From an uncultured bacterium (lineage in GTDB: Bacteria > Actinomycetota > Actinomycetes > S36-B12): a stretch of 61,149 nt of DNA. A program made the position numbers and the translations under genes. Every line of letters begins with the position of its first letter. Positions within the stretch are counted from its first letter, which is position 1. The notes below the pieces were generated by a model. That model saw nothing but the letters and a program-made list of their open reading frames with translations, did no database searches and was not told where the DNA came from. Of this stretch, positions 19,117 through 30,673 are shown piece after piece. The stretch lies in NCBI GenBank assembly GCA_903850745.1, contig CAINMH010000010.1, positions 1-61,149 on the forward strand, given 5' to 3'.

Positions 19117-20385
19117 GTGACTGAGCCCGTACTTCTCACGGAACCTCGTGAGGGACTACCAGATGTTGTCACTGATTCACTCGGTCTCTCCGCAGCGATT
19201 TCTGCTCTCGCAAACGGCACTGGCCCCATAGCTATCGATGCAGAGCGCGCTTCTGGGTTTCGGTATGGACAGCGCGCCTACTTGATTCAGCTTCGCCGCC
19301 AAGGATCGGGTACTTGGCTGATCGACCCAATCAATTTTTCCACTCTCAGTCCCCTGCGCGACGCAATTGCGAGTGACGAATGGATTCTCCACTCATCGCT
19401 ACAAGATCTGCCATGCATGCGCGAACTTGACCTGATTCCTACGCACCTGTTCGACACCGAATTAGCCGCCCGAATTCTCGGGAGACCGAAGGTCGGACTT
19501 GCCGCCCTTGTCGAATCTGAACTCGGTCTCATCCTCGAAAAGGGCCATTCAGCGGCTGATTGGTCTACCCGGCCGCTCCCTGATTCGTGGATTCGCTATG
19601 CAGCACTTGATGTCGAGGTGCTCATTGAACTTCGGGACCTTCTGTATGCGGAGCTCATTGAAACTGGTCGATGGGCATGGGCTGAAGCAGAGTTTGCACA
19701 CATCGCCGCTTTGCCAATGGCCGAACCACGCAAAGACCCGTGGCGTCGCACGTCAGGCATGCATCGCCTTCGCAAGCCGCGTCAGCTAGCCATTATCCGC
19801 GAACTGTGGACTGTGCGCGAGGATGTCGCGCGAGAACGTGACGTAAGTCCGGGCCGAATCGTGAATGACGACACACTCGTGGCCATTGCAACGGATCCAC
19901 CGGCTACCAGCGCAGATATGCATGATCTTCCCGGTTTTCGTCGACGTGGTGCATCGCGCTATGTGACGAGACTTTGGGCGGCCCTACAGACGGCTCTCGC
20001 TTTGCCCGATGAGGATCTACCCGTGCACAATCCAACGAGCGATGGCCCACCTCCACCGCGCATCTGGCGCGAACGCGACCCGCAGGCCGCAGTGAGACTT
20101 GCTGCCTGTCGTGAAGAGATCATCCAGATCGCAGAGACGCTCGGAATGCCTGCAGAGGTTCTTATCCCCCCGGAGTCGGTGCGGCAGCTCGCCTGGCGAC
20201 CGCCCGATGAGATCTCGGTCGAATCCGTCGCGGAGTTGCTCGCAGTTCACGGTGCTCGTGCATGGCAAGTTTCGCTGGTTGCAGAACCACTACATGCGGC
20301 CCTATGCGCAGAGCCAGAAAACCTAGAATCGACCAGCCCAGAACCTCAGGAAGTTGCGGCGTCAGACTCCGCTGACGCTTCCTGA
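19117..20385 (+). CDS. rnd: Ribonuclease D-like 3'-5' exonuclease with HRDC domain
   Basis: 422 aa with the DEDD exonuclease blocks [24 protein letters not shown] and YAALDVEVL. Confidence 0.85.
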   Translation: MTEPVLLTEPREGLPDVVTDSLGLSAAISALANGTGPIAIDAERASGFRYGQRAYLIQLRRQGSGTWLIDPINFSTLSPLRDAIASDEWILHSSLQDLPCMRELDLIPTHLFDTELAARILGRPKVGLAALVESELGLILEKGHSAADWSTRPLPDSWIRYAALDVEVLIELRDLLYAELIETGRWAWAEAEFAHIAALPMAEPRKDPWRRTSGMHRLRKPRQLAIIRELWTVREDVARERDVSPGRIVNDDTLVAIATDPPATSADMHDLPGFRRRGASRYVTRLWAALQTALALPDEDLPVHNPTSDGPPPPRIWRERDPQAAVRLAACREEIIQIAETLGMPAEVLIPPESVRQLAWRPPDEISVESVAELLAVHGARAWQVSLVAEPLHAALCAEPENLESTSPEPQEVAASDSADAS

Positions 20386-22298
20386 ACTTTTTCTCCTACG
20401 CCTAGACGAACCGCAGTCTCGACCACCGTAAGACTAATCTCCTGACCCGTGAGCCCGACGTTGGCAAGGATTTCAGCCCGCTTCGCGTGCTGGAGAAATT
20501 CCTTGGGCAAGCCGAAGTTGAGAATCGGTACGGAATAACCAGCAACTGCTAATGCGCTACCAAGCGCGGCGCCAATGCCCTCATCGCGAAGTCCGTCTTC
20601 GATCGTGACGACCAGTTCGGCATTGCCGACAGCGTGCACAAGGTCCTCTTCGATCGGGAGGGCCCACAGCGGATCCACCACTCGCACCCGAAGCCCCTGA
20701 TCTCCAAGTCGGGCTGCCACGTCAAGGCCCACGCTCGCCATCGCTCCCACGGCCACAATTGCGATATCCGGATGCTCTTCCGCACGAAGAACGTCCACGC
20801 TACCGAGCCGTTGCACGGCGGGGATTGAGTCGGGAAGGGCTCCCTTGGGGAACCGGATTACGGTTGGGCCGTCTGAAATATCCACACTGCGACGAAGTCC
20901 TTCACGCAACGTGATTTCATCGCGGGGCGCACACAGACGTAAACCTGGCACGATGCGAAGCATTGCCAGATCCCACATGCCGTTGTGGCTAGCGCCATCA
21001 TCACCGGTGACCCCAGCACGATCCAGAACGAACGTGACCCCAGCACGATGTAGAGCGCAATCCATCAGCACTTGGTCGAATGCCCGATTGAGGAAGGTGG
21101 AGTACAGGGCGACCACAGGATGCATTCCCGCGAACGCCATGCCCGCCGCAGAGGTGGCGGCATGTTGCTCTGCGATGCCAACGTCGTATGTGCGCTCAGG
21201 GAATTCCTTGGCGAATGAGTCAAGGCCTGTCGGAGCGAGCATCGCGGCCGTAATCGCAACGACATCGTGCCGCTCGCGCCCGATGCGCACCAACTCATCT
21301 GAGAATGCCTTGGTCCACGTAGGGCCCGACGAAGCGATCGGTTGCCCGGTATCTGGATCGATGACCCCGACACCGTGGAAACGATCCGCCTCGTCGTTCT
21401 CGGCCGGGGCATAGCCGCGCCCCTTCTCCGTCAACGTGTGCACGATCACGGGACCACGGAAGAGCTTTGCGCGGTTCAAGGCGCGCTCAAGGGCAACAAT
21501 GTCATGACCGTCGACCGGGCCAATGTACTTCAGACCTAAGTCTTCAAACATTCCTTGCGGCGCGACGATGTCCTTCACGCCTTTCTTTACGCCGTGCAAT
21601 GTTTCATACATCGGCATCCCAATCACCGGTGTGCGCCGCAGGATGCGCTTACCCCAAGACAAGAACTTTTCGTATCCGCGGGTGGTACGTAGAGTCGCGA
21701 GGTGAGTGGCGAGACCGCCGATCGTCGGCGCGTAAGAGCGTTCGTTGTCATTGACGACGATGATGATCTGCCGGTCGGAGCCGGCGATATTGTTCAGCGC
21801 CTCCCAAGCCATGCCGCCCGTGAGCGCCCCATCGCCAATGACCGCCACGACATGGCGCTTTCCCAGTACACCTTGTCGCTCCCAGGCCTTCGCGATGCCG
21901 TCGGCGTAGGACAGGGACGTCGAGGCATGCGAGTTTTCAATCACGTCGTGCACACTTTCGGAACGTGACGGGTATCCCGAAAGTCCACCAGACTGGCGCA
22001 GCGTCTCGAAGTCGCCGGAACGGCCAGTCACAATCTTGTGTACGTAGGCCTGGTGGCCGGTGTCCCACAAAATCGCATCGAGCGGTGAACGGAAGACTCG
22101 ATGAAGAGCCATCGTAAGTTCGACGACCCCGAGATTGGGCCCAAGGTGTCCACCCGTCTTGGAGACGCGTTCCACGAGGAATGAGCGAATCTCCGCGGCC
22201 ACCGCAACACATTGCTCAGGGGTCAGCGCATCGAGATCCTCGGGACTCGTCATCTGACGAAGATCTACCCGCCCGGCTGCGTCGAACACGCTTCCCAT
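20346..22298 (-). CDS. dxs: 1-deoxy-D-xylulose-5-phosphate synthase
   Basis: 650 aa with [18 protein letters not shown] and the ThDP motif [16 protein letters not shown]. The 3' end overlaps the rnd 3' end by 40 nt. Confidence 0.95.
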   Translation of the reverse strand: MGSVFDAAGRVDLRQMTSPEDLDALTPEQCVAVAAEIRSFLVERVSKTGGHLGPNLGVVELTMALHRVFRSPLDAILWDTGHQAYVHKIVTGRSGDFETLRQSGGLSGYPSRSESVHDVIENSHASTSLSYADGIAKAWERQGVLGKRHVVAVIGDGALTGGMAWEALNNIAGSDRQIIIVVNDNERSYAPTIGGLATHLATLRTTRGYEKFLSWGKRILRRTPVIGMPMYETLHGVKKGVKDIVAPQGMFEDLGLKYIGPVDGHDIVALERALNRAKLFRGPVIVHTLTEKGRGYAPAENDEADRFHGVGVIDPDTGQPIASSGPTWTKAFSDELVRIGRERHDVVAITAAMLAPTGLDSFAKEFPERTYDVGIAEQHAATSAAGMAFAGMHPVVALYSTFLNRAFDQVLMDCALHRAGVTFVLDRAGVTGDDGASHNGMWDLAMLRIVPGLRLCAPRDEITLREGLRRSVDISDGPTVIRFPKGALPDSIPAVQRLGSVDVLRAEEHPDIAIVAVGAMASVGLDVAARLGDQGLRVRVVDPLWALPIEEDLVHAVGNAELVVTIEDGLRDEGIGAALGSALAVAGYSVPILNFGLPKEFLQHAKRAEILANVGLTGQEISLTVVETAVRLGVGEKVQEASAESDAATS

Positions 22299-22309
22299 CC
22301 TAGGCCGAC

Positions 22310-22663
22310 CTAGCCAATTTCGCCCGCGCCCCCGAGGGCTTCCTCCACGAGATCAAGTTCACGTCGCGTGGCCTGCAGGCGGGCACCCTCACGTTGGATG
22401 GCCGTGAGTGCCATCTCAATCGTGTCAGCCGCTAGGTCGGGAAGCTCACGTCGTAGCGCCGAATAGGCAACTCGAGCGCCCTCGAGAGAAGCGTCGAGGT
22501 GATGGGCGACGATGCGTGCCAGCACAATGGGATTTTGTCGGAGCGCAGGTTCGTCACGAAGGACTGACGGCCCCTGATCGAGCAACCACAGCACCGCTCT
22601 CTCCACGAATGCATCGTGGGTCGGGTGCGGTACTTCGCGAGGCCAACCCGGGGGCAAGGCCAC
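22310..22663 (-). CDS. Hypothetical protein
   Basis: 117 aa, packed between acn (3 nt spacer) and dxs (11 nt spacer) on the same strand. No motif recognised. Confidence 0.5.
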   Translation of the reverse strand: MALPPGWPREVPHPTHDAFVERAVLWLLDQGPSVLRDEPALRQNPIVLARIVAHHLDASLEGARVAYSALRRELPDLAADTIEMALTAIQREGARLQATRRELDLVEEALGGAGEIG

Positions 22664-22666
22664 TGG

Positions 22667-25318
22667 TTAGACCAAGGAGCGAAGTACGTACTGCAGGATG
22701 CCGCCATGGCGGTAGTAGTCAGCTTCACCGGGGGTGTCAATGCGCACTCGGGCACTGCGCTCGACGCTAGAGCCATCTGCACGGGTGACTCGAACCGCGA
22801 CGTTTTCCGGAATTCCGCCGTCATTGAGCGCGGTCACTCCGGAGATGGCAATCTCCTCAGATCCATCGAGGCCCCACGAGGCTGCATCTTCGCCTGGCAG
22901 GAACTGCAAAGGCAGGACACCCATCCCGATCAGGTTCGAACGATGGATACGCTCGTACGACACCGCGATCACCGCACGCACTCCCAGGAGCATCGTCCCC
23001 TTTGCTGCCCAGTCACGCGAGGAACCCGAGCCGTATTCAGCTCCCGCCACAATGACTAGCGGAGTGCCTTGCGCCTGGTAATTGACCGAGGCATCGAAGA
23101 TAGTCGATTGTGGGGCGCCAACGAGCGTGAAGTCGCGGGTAAAGCCACCTTCGACACCATCGAGGATGCGATTCTTGAGACGAACGTTCGCAAAAGTTCC
23201 GCGAATCATGACCTCGTGATTGCCACGGCGCGACCCATAAGAGTTGAAATCGGCCCTGGAGATGCCCTTCTCCATGAGGTATTTGCCAGCAGGCGTATCC
23301 GCCTTAATGTTGCCGGCGGGCGAAATGTGATCGGTGGTCACCGAATCGCCGAGGATCGCAAGCAGACGCGCACCGGCAATGTCGACAACCGGACTTGGTT
23401 GCATGGACATGCCGTCGAAGTACGGTGGCTTGCGTACGTAGGTCGAGGAGGCGTCCCACGCGAACGTGTCACCGACCGGCGTCGGCAAGTTTTGCCAACG
23501 AGCATCACCCTTGAATACGTCTTTGTAACTATCCGCGAACATCTCCTTGTTGATGTTGCCTGCGACAATCGCCTCCACCTCGTCAGGAGTCGGCCAGATG
23601 TCCTTGAGGAAGACGTCGTTGCCCGCTGTGTCGGTGCCAATGGGCTCAACCGCGAAGTCGATGTCCATGGTGCCGGCTAGCGCGTAGGCAACGACAAGTG
23701 GTGGAGATGCGAGATAGTTCAAGCGAACATCGGGACTGATGCGGCCTTCGAAGTTGCGATTACCGGACAGAACAGCGGCCACGGAGAGGTCGGAAGAGTT
23801 GATGGCCGCACTGACTTCTTCAATGAGCGGCCCAGAGTTGCCAATGCATACGGTGCAGCCGTAGCCAACTAGATTGAACCCAAGCGCATCTAGGTACGGC
23901 GTAAGACCCGCTTTGTCGTAATAATCGGTGACCACCTTCGAACCCGGCCCAAGTGTGGTCTTGACCCACGGCTTGCGCGAGAGCCCGCGCTCGACAGCCT
24001 TCTTCGCCAGCAGTCCAGCAGCCATCATCACTGACGGGTTGGAGGTGTTGGTGCACGACGTGATGGCGGCGAGAACAACAGCGCCGTTGTCGAGAGTGAA
24101 GTTATCGCCGCTCGGCAGGCTGACTGCTGTCGGCGTACTCGTGCGACCGGTGAGGGCATCTACCAAGGCCTTCTTGCTGTCGACCAGGGCGATTCGATCC
24201 TGCGGACGACTTGGGCCCGAGATAGAGGGCTGCACAGTGCTCAGGTCTAGTTCGAGAACCGACGTATAGGAGGCCTCGCGTGCGGGGTCGTGCCACAGGC
24301 CCTGGGCTTTGGCGTACGCCTCCACAAGCGCGATCTGCTCATCGGAGCGTCCTGTGAGGCGTAGATAGTCAGTGGTCTCGCCATCGATGGGGAAGATCGC
24401 GGCAGTAGAGCCATATTCGGGACTCATGTTGCCGATGGTCGCGCGGTTGGCGAGCGACACCGCGCCGACGCTTTGGCCAAAGAACTCGACGAAGGAGCCG
24501 ACGACACCGTGCTTACGCAGCATCTGAGTGATGGTCAAGACGAGGTCGGTCGCAGTCGCGACGGGGTTGAGCACACCAGAGAGCCGGAATCCCACGACTG
24601 GCGGGATGAGCATCGACACCGGTTGGCCAAGCATGGCTGCTTCAGCTTCGATGCCGCCCACGCCCCAGCCCAGAACCCCGAGCCCGTTGACCATGGTGGT
24701 GTGTGAATCGGTGCCGACCACCGTGTCGGGGTATGCCTCGCCACCACGCGCCATCACGACGCGGGCAAGTCGCTCTATGTTGACCTGATGCACGATGCCA
24801 GTGCCCGGGGGCACGACCTTGAACTCTTCGAAAGCACTCTGACCCCAGCGCAGGAACTGGTAACGCTCCATGTTGCGCTCATACTCCAGCGCCACATTCA
24901 GATCAGCAGAATCGGTCGTACCGAAGTAGTCCGCAATCACCGAGTGATCGATGACAAGTTCCGACGGGTTTAGCGGTTCGATCTTCGAGGGATCGCCACC
25001 AAGGGCGATCATCGCCTCGCGCATCGTCGCGAGGTCGACGACGACGGGCACACCGGTGAAGTCCTGCATCACCACGCGAGAGGGAGTGAATTGGATCTCT
25101 CGCGGATTAGCCTCCTGCGGATCCCACGACGCAAGGGCACGGATCTGCTCTGCGGTGACGTTGGCGCCATCCTCGGTGCGGAGGAGATTTTCCAACAGGA
25201 TTCGATGGGTAAATGGCAGCCGATCGATGTTTGGCAAGGCCGACAACGAATAGATCGTGTAGGAATTCCCACCGACCTCCAGCGTTGTACGGGCGCCGAA
25301 ACTGTCGATGCTTGCCAC
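22667..25318 (-). CDS. acn: Aconitate hydratase AcnA
   Basis: 883 aa with a GTG start after GAGGAGG. Carries the Fe-S ligand regions TDSHTTM and CTNTSNP...[10 protein letters not shown]. Confidence 0.95.
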   Translation of the reverse strand: MASIDSFGARTTLEVGGNSYTIYSLSALPNIDRLPFTHRILLENLLRTEDGANVTAEQIRALASWDPQEANPREIQFTPSRVVMQDFTGVPVVVDLATMREAMIALGGDPSKIEPLNPSELVIDHSVIADYFGTTDSADLNVALEYERNMERYQFLRWGQSAFEEFKVVPPGTGIVHQVNIERLARVVMARGGEAYPDTVVGTDSHTTMVNGLGVLGWGVGGIEAEAAMLGQPVSMLIPPVVGFRLSGVLNPVATATDLVLTITQMLRKHGVVGSFVEFFGQSVGAVSLANRATIGNMSPEYGSTAAIFPIDGETTDYLRLTGRSDEQIALVEAYAKAQGLWHDPAREASYTSVLELDLSTVQPSISGPSRPQDRIALVDSKKALVDALTGRTSTPTAVSLPSGDNFTLDNGAVVLAAITSCTNTSNPSVMMAAGLLAKKAVERGLSRKPWVKTTLGPGSKVVTDYYDKAGLTPYLDALGFNLVGYGCTVCIGNSGPLIEEVSAAINSSDLSVAAVLSGNRNFEGRISPDVRLNYLASPPLVVAYALAGTMDIDFAVEPIGTDTAGNDVFLKDIWPTPDEVEAIVAGNINKEMFADSYKDVFKGDARWQNLPTPVGDTFAWDASSTYVRKPPYFDGMSMQPSPVVDIAGARLLAILGDSVTTDHISPAGNIKADTPAGKYLMEKGISRADFNSYGSRRGNHEVMIRGTFANVRLKNRILDGVEGGFTRDFTLVGAPQSTIFDASVNYQAQGTPLVIVAGAEYGSGSSRDWAAKGTMLLGVRAVIAVSYERIHRSNLIGMGVLPLQFLPGEDAASWGLDGSEEIAISGVTALNDGGIPENVAVRVTRADGSSVERSARVRIDTPGEADYYRHGGILQYVLRSLV

Positions 25319-25371
25319 TCGTGCCTCCTCATATGCGACTACCTTCAGACTACCGGCCCGCTCGTTCGCGT

Positions 25372-25400
25372 CGGGGACGGGGACGGCGGCCTAGTCCCCG
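25372..25400 (+). promoter_or_regulatory. GC hairpin with duplicated 5' arm in the acn/asnB divergent intergenic region
   Basis: CGGGGAC occurs twice in tandem (25372-25378 and 25378-25384). Either copy can pair with GTCCCCG at 25394-25400. It lies about 40 nt upstream of the asnB ATG. Confidence 0.3.
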
Positions 25401-25439
25401 TAGACTCCCTCAAGTGCGAAACCTCGAAGGGATCTCGTC

Positions 25440-27314
25440 ATGTGCGGAATAGCCGGCGTACTCGGCCCCGCTGAGATCACTGAGCCCCTGCTAGGACGGA
25501 TGCTCCATTGCATCGAGCACCGTGGCCCCGACGACGAGGGTCGCCTAGTCACACCGACTTTCGCCTTCGGGATGCGCCGATTGGCCATCCAGGACATCGC
25601 CGGCGGACATCAGCCGATGTGGTCGGTGGATCGCTCCGCCGTAATCGTTTTCAACGGCGAGATCTACAACTTTAAGGAACTCCGCGAGGAGTTGGCTAGT
25701 TCCGGCTACCGCTTCAGCACCCATTGCGACACTGAGGTCATCGTCGCCTTGTACGAGCGGATCGGACGCACAGATCCCGTCGCGATGCTCAACCGTCTCC
25801 GGGGCATGTTCGCAATTGCCATACACGACATCGAACGTGACGTGCTTTTTCTCGCGCGAGATCAGTTTGGCATTAAGCCCCTCTACCTGCACACGATTGA
25901 TGGGCGGATCGCGTCGTTCGGATCCGAGATCAAGTCCCTTCTGGAAGACCCATCGCTCGCGCGACGAGTGAATGACGAAGCAGTGGTCAATTACCTGGCC
26001 TTCCAGTACAACCCGCTCACGGAAACCATGTTCGAGGACATCCGGCGCGTTCCACCAGCGACCTACCTGCTGGTGTCACCTCGCACAGGAGAATTCACCG
26101 AGTTCCCCTACTGGTCCTATGACTTCAGCGCACCCACAGCCGCGACCGAGACCGCTACGCAGTCCAGGATCAGAGACGTAATGCGTGACTCGGTCGAACA
26201 CCACATGATCAGTGATGTTCCCGTAGGCGCGTTCCTTTCCGGTGGAGTTGATTCAGCCATCACTGTGACGCTCATGCAGGAGCGTCGGCGCGCCCTTGGC
26301 CTCGACAATGTGAAGACATTCACCATCGGCTTTGACGAGGTGAGCGAACTCGCCGAGGCCCGAGAGGTGTCTGATCGCATCGGCTCCGATCACCACGAAA
26401 TCCGCGTCAATATGTCGGAATACCTCGAGGTGCTGGAGAACATCGCCTGGCACTTTGACGAGCCTGTTGCAGATCCATCGGCAGTCGCGTTGTACTTCCT
26501 CGCTCGCGCGGCCCGCCAGCAGGTCACAGTGGTGCTCTCCGGCGAAGGGGCTGACGAACTCTTCGGCGGGTATCGCATCTATCGCGAACCGCTCTCACTC
26601 CGGCCGATCTCTCGCCAACCCCAATGGGTGAAGAGCTCCGTGCTGGCACCCGCCTCAAAGATCGGCGCGTCGTATCCCGGACGTAACTACTTGCGGAGGG
26701 GGCTGACTCCCTTTGATGACCGATTTATTGGCAATGCCTATATCTTCCGTCCGGATGAAATGCGCGCCCTGTGGAAGTCCGATCTGCCGACGCCCTCGCA
26801 TGTTCTGCCTGGCGTCGAACTAGGTGAGTCCATTCGGGGATTCGACGATCTCTCCGAATCGCGTCGGATGCAGTTGGTGGACATCAACTACTGGATGCCC
26901 GGCGATATCTTGGCTAAGGCTGATCGCATGACTATGGCGCATTCTCTCGAACTTCGTGTTCCCTACCTCGACATGAGTGTCGCTTCAGTCTCCTCAGGTA
27001 TTCCCGATGCATGGAAGTACCGCGATGGCACTACCAAATGGATTTTGCGCGAGGCATTCCGCGACATCCTGCCTAGCACGACAGCAGCACGAGCCAAACT
27101 GGGTTTCCCCACTCCACTGCGGCATTGGCTAAAGCAAGACCCGGAGTGGTTCCGTTCACGCATCTTGGACGATTCATACATCCGAGCCCAGATGAACGTC
27201 GCACCCATAGAGCGCCTCTTTGCAGACCATGCATCCGGAGAGCGTGACTCTTCTCGCAAGATCTACATCTTGCTCATGTTCGCGCTTTGGCGACGAGCCT
27301 TCAACGCAATCTAG
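25440..27314 (+). CDS. asnB: Asparagine synthase (glutamine-hydrolysing), AsnB/LtsA-like amidotransferase
   Basis: 624 aa with the N-terminal MCGIAG Ntn-amidotransferase nucleophile and the PP-loop SGGVDSA. Confidence 0.9.
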   Translation: MCGIAGVLGPAEITEPLLGRMLHCIEHRGPDDEGRLVTPTFAFGMRRLAIQDIAGGHQPMWSVDRSAVIVFNGEIYNFKELREELASSGYRFSTHCDTEVIVALYERIGRTDPVAMLNRLRGMFAIAIHDIERDVLFLARDQFGIKPLYLHTIDGRIASFGSEIKSLLEDPSLARRVNDEAVVNYLAFQYNPLTETMFEDIRRVPPATYLLVSPRTGEFTEFPYWSYDFSAPTAATETATQSRIRDVMRDSVEHHMISDVPVGAFLSGGVDSAITVTLMQERRRALGLDNVKTFTIGFDEVSELAEAREVSDRIGSDHHEIRVNMSEYLEVLENIAWHFDEPVADPSAVALYFLARAARQQVTVVLSGEGADELFGGYRIYREPLSLRPISRQPQWVKSSVLAPASKIGASYPGRNYLRRGLTPFDDRFIGNAYIFRPDEMRALWKSDLPTPSHVLPGVELGESIRGFDDLSESRRMQLVDINYWMPGDILAKADRMTMAHSLELRVPYLDMSVASVSSGIPDAWKYRDGTTKWILREAFRDILPSTTAARAKLGFPTPLRHWLKQDPEWFRSRILDDSYIRAQMNVAPIERLFADHASGERDSSRKIYILLMFALWRRAFNAI

Positions 27315-29335
27315 GACTCTTCGGTTGGATTCGCTTGGGCTTCTCGTCGAGTAACACCCGGACCAGACATATCGCTGTCGTCCAACAACCTTCGATCGCT
27401 TGAACGCAACTGCCAAGGCACACTGACCATCATGACGCCTGGCATGAAGAGCAGCCGAGCTTTCAACCTAAGCGCAGACTGGTTATGTAGGAATTGTTCC
27501 CACCAGTGTCCGACAACATACTCGGGTATGTACACGGTGACGAGGTCGCGAGGATTATCCGATCGAAGGCGCTCCACGTAGTCCAAGAACGGCCGCGTGA
27601 TGTCGCGGTAGGGCGAATCCAGAACCTTCAGCGGAATAGGAATATTGCGGTGTTCCCAGTCTGCTTGCAGCGCCCTAGTCTCTTCTGGATCAACCTGCAC
27701 GGTGATTCCTTCAAGCACGGTGGGTCGCGTCGCGCGGGCGTAGGCGATGGCGCGCAGCGTGGGCTTGTGTAGTTTCGCCACTAGCACAAGAGCATGGACG
27801 CGACTAGGAAGCGTGATGCCTTCCTCGTCGCCGGTCTGCAACTCGCTCTTGACTCGCTCGTAATGACGGTGAATCGCCTTCATGATCAGGAAGATGATGG
27901 GCATGGCGATCACCACAATCCACGCACCACGGGTGAACTTGGTGACCAGAACAATGATGAGCACGCTGCCCGTCATCGCCAAGCCGACACTGTTCACAAT
28001 TCGTGATCGTTGCATGCGCCCGCGTACTCGCGAGTCCGTCTCGGTACGCAGGAGTCGTGTCCAGTGACGCACCATTCCTAACTGACTCAACGTAAATGAC
28101 GTGAATACACCAAGGATGTACAACTGAATCAATGCCGAGGTATTGGCTTGATACACGATGACCAAAATCATGGCCAATGCCCCAAGCACGACGATGCCGT
28201 TACTAAAAGCAAGGCGGTCGCCGCGGGTATGGAGCTGACGAGGCAAATACCCGTCGCGTGCCAGAATTGAGCCAAGAACCGGGAAGCCGTTAAATGCCGT
28301 GTTAGCGGCCAATACGAGGATTAAGGCTGTGGCGAGCGAGATAAAGGCAACACCAAATCCAAAGGAACCAAAGACAGCATCCGCCACCTGCACAATCACT
28401 GTTTTTTGTGCCTGACCAGCCGGAAGACCGATGAGATCCTCGGAGTGCTCAGCCACCTTGACACCGGTGATGAGTGCCAAGGCCGTGATCGCTAGGAACA
28501 TCGACACGGAGATAACCGCCAACATCAGCAGCGTTGTCGCAGCATTCTTTGACTTGGGTTTGCGGAAGGCCGGCACGCCGTTTGCAATCGCCTCAATACC
28601 GGTGAGCGCCGTGGTGCCGGACGAGAATGCACGAGCAAGCAGGAAAATCAACGCTGCTCCCGTGAGCGAAGCTTCAGGCGATATCGTCCAATCAGCGGAT
28701 TCTGCTTTGGGGATGTCTCCACCTACGATGCGCCACGTGGCCCAGATAGCCATGAATGCGATGCCAAAAATAAATGCATAGGTTGGGACTGCAAAGAGGC
28801 CACCTGATTCCCGGACACCGCGAAGATTCAGCAGAGCGAGGACCACGATAAAACCGAGCGCCCAATAGACCAGATGGTCGTGAATGAACGGGAATGCAGA
28901 AGCCAAGTTGGCAACAGCAGCGGAGATCGACACCGCCACTGTAAGCACGTAGTCCACAAGCAGTGCACTCGCGACGAAAACGCCCGGATTGGGACCAAGG
29001 TTGACGGAGACAACCTCGTAGTCACCGCCACCACTGGGATAGGCGTGAACATTTTGCCGGTAGCTGGCCACCACGACGAAGAAGACGAGTGCTACCAGCA
29101 GTGCAATCCACGGAGCGTACGAGAACAAGGCAAGTCCACCCACGGACAAGACCAATAGGATTTCCTGAGTTGCGTATGCATTGGACGAGAGCGCATCGGA
29201 GGCAAAAACCGGAAGCGCAATGCGCTTGGGCAACAAGGTGTCGTCAAGGACGTCGCTGCGTAACGCGCGCCCGAACACCACACGCTTCGCAAAATCGCCG
29301 ATAGCCACGATTGTGGATACTACGCCGCAACTCAC
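27311..29335 (-). CDS. APC-superfamily permease with a ~190-aa C-terminal cytoplasmic domain
   Basis: The body shows about 12 TM segments, starting ...LPKRIALPVFASDALSSNAYATQEILL. After the last TM comes a soluble tail (HALVLVAKLHKPTLRAIAYA...YIPEYVVGHWWEQFLHNQSA). The start was trimmed to GTG 29335, because the 783-aa track ORF overlaps the divergent trkA gene. Start uncertain by about 30 nt. Confidence 0.8.
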   Translation of the reverse strand: MSCGVVSTIVAIGDFAKRVVFGRALRSDVLDDTLLPKRIALPVFASDALSSNAYATQEILLVLSVGGLALFSYAPWIALLVALVFFVVVASYRQNVHAYPSGGGDYEVVSVNLGPNPGVFVASALLVDYVLTVAVSISAAVANLASAFPFIHDHLVYWALGFIVVLALLNLRGVRESGGLFAVPTYAFIFGIAFMAIWATWRIVGGDIPKAESADWTISPEASLTGAALIFLLARAFSSGTTALTGIEAIANGVPAFRKPKSKNAATTLLMLAVISVSMFLAITALALITGVKVAEHSEDLIGLPAGQAQKTVIVQVADAVFGSFGFGVAFISLATALILVLAANTAFNGFPVLGSILARDGYLPRQLHTRGDRLAFSNGIVVLGALAMILVIVYQANTSALIQLYILGVFTSFTLSQLGMVRHWTRLLRTETDSRVRGRMQRSRIVNSVGLAMTGSVLIIVLVTKFTRGAWIVVIAMPIIFLIMKAIHRHYERVKSELQTGDEEGITLPSRVHALVLVAKLHKPTLRAIAYARATRPTVLEGITVQVDPEETRALQADWEHRNIPIPLKVLDSPYRDITRPFLDYVERLRSDNPRDLVTVYIPEYVVGHWWEQFLHNQSALRLKARLLFMPGVMMVSVPWQLRSSDRRLLDDSDMSGPGVTRREAQANPTEES

Positions 29336-29366
29336 GCCTCGAGGGCATGGCGTGTACCCTGCAAGT

Positions 29367-30026
29367 GTGCATGTGGTGATCCTCGGGTGTGGCCGTGTCG
29401 GGTCGCTCTTGGCTGGGCGTCTTGACTCCATGGGGCACTCCGTAGCCGTCATTGACCAAGATTCGAAGGCCTTTGCGCGCCTCCCCCGCGATTTCCAGGG
29501 CGCCACCGTGACTGGGGTGGGATTCGACCGAGAAACCTTGGAGTCCGCGGGCATTACCCGAGCTGAAGCGTTCGCTGCGGTGAGCAGTGGCGATAACTCC
29601 AATATCCTCGCGGCGCGAGTGGCCCGGGAGACGTACGGCGTTGACCGAGTAGTCGCCCGCATCTACGACACGCGACGTGCCGAGGTGTATCAGCGGCTCG
29701 GCATTCCGACCGTGGCTACGGTCTCTTGGACGTCTGGCCAAATTCTTCGTCGGATCATGCCCTTAGGTTCAGAGACTGAATACACCGATCCGAGCGGCAC
29801 GGTGAGCTTGGCCGAGGTGCATTTGGGAGATGCCTGGATTGGTCATCGCGTCACGGCTCTTGAGCGACAGTCCGGAGCCCGCGTCGCATTTATCACCCGT
29901 CTCGGCGCTGGCCTCCTGCCCGATTCCGACTCCGTTATCCAGCAAGGCGACCTCGTGCACATGGTCTTCACCCCCGCAGATCGTGAGCGCATGGAAGCGG
30001 TACTCGAGAAGGGTCCCGATTCCTAA
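29367..30026 (+). CDS. trkA: TrkA-family RCK (NAD-binding) potassium-transport regulatory protein, copy 1
   Basis: GTG 29367 gives (M)HVVILGCGRVGSLLAGRL, a Rossmann GxGxxG motif at the N-terminus. About 219 aa. The longer track ORF is an upstream extension. Confidence 0.88.
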   Translation: MHVVILGCGRVGSLLAGRLDSMGHSVAVIDQDSKAFARLPRDFQGATVTGVGFDRETLESAGITRAEAFAAVSSGDNSNILAARVARETYGVDRVVARIYDTRRAEVYQRLGIPTVATVSWTSGQILRRIMPLGSETEYTDPSGTVSLAEVHLGDAWIGHRVTALERQSGARVAFITRLGAGLLPDSDSVIQQGDLVHMVFTPADRERMEAVLEKGPDS

Positions 30027-30673
30027 TGCGCATCGCGATTGCTGGAGCTGGCAAGGTCGGACGCTCGATCGCCCGCGAACTTCTCTCCAACGGCCATGAA
30101 GTTCTCCTCATTGACAAAGAAGCAAACCCCGGAGTTGTAGAGGGCGCGGAGACCTTGCACGCCGATGCATGCGAATTGGCATCGCTTGAGAGTGCAAACC
30201 TCCCGCAATGCCAGGTCATGGTCGCGGCTACCGGCGACGACAAGGTCAACCTCGTAGTGTCCTTGCTTGCCAAGACCGAATACGGAGTGCCTCGAGTTGT
30301 CGCACGCGTAAACCACCCCAAGAACGAGTGGATGTTTGACGAGTCCTGGGGCGTCGACGTGGCAGTTTCTACGCCGCGCATGCTTTCTGCTCTGGTCGAA
30401 GAAGCCGTCAGCGTGGGTGACCTCGTACGCCTCTTCAGTTTTCGACAAGGGCAGGCAAACCTAGTGGAGATCACGCTCTCCGCGCGCTCTCCGGTTGTCG
30501 GTAAATGCGTGCGTGATGTGGCATGGCCAACAGATGTCGCCCTGGTCACCATCGTCCGCGGTCCTCGCGTCATTGCTCCAAGCCCCGATGATGCTCTGGA
30601 AATCGGAGACGAATTGCTTTTTGTTGCTGCCCCCGATCAAGAGCCGGCGCTGCGCACGATTGTGGCTGACTAG
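30026..30673 (+). CDS. trkA: TrkA-family RCK potassium-transport regulatory protein, copy 2
   Basis: 215 aa starting MRIAIAGAGKVGRSIAREL. A TAATG overlap joins it to copy 1. Confidence 0.88.
   Translation: MRIAIAGAGKVGRSIARELLSNGHEVLLIDKEANPGVVEGAETLHADACELASLESANLPQCQVMVAATGDDKVNLVVSLLAKTEYGVPRVVARVNHPKNEWMFDESWGVDVAVSTPRMLSALVEEAVSVGDLVRLFSFRQGQANLVEITLSARSPVVGKCVRDVAWPTDVALVTIVRGPRVIAPSPDDALEIGDELLFVAAPDQEPALRTIVAD

Noticed and set aside
25440-27314. AsnB homologue as a possible lasso-peptide cyclase
   Set aside because: It retains the N-terminal Cys nucleophile (MCGIAG) of true glutamine-dependent amidotransferases. No protease/RRE (B protein) or short precursor ORF is adjacent. It is flanked by aconitase and a permease.
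29336-29662. N-terminal extensions of several track ORFs: permease to 29662, fprA to 44930, IorB-like to 55785, DUF3159 to 31527, IclR from 44684, parC from 40019, and trkA from 29181
   Set aside because: The extensions overlap neighbouring genes, are Arg/Pro-rich, and lack RBSs. Internal ATG or GTG starts have Shine-Dalgarno sequences, produce canonical family N-termini, or give ATGA/GTGA coupling overlaps.
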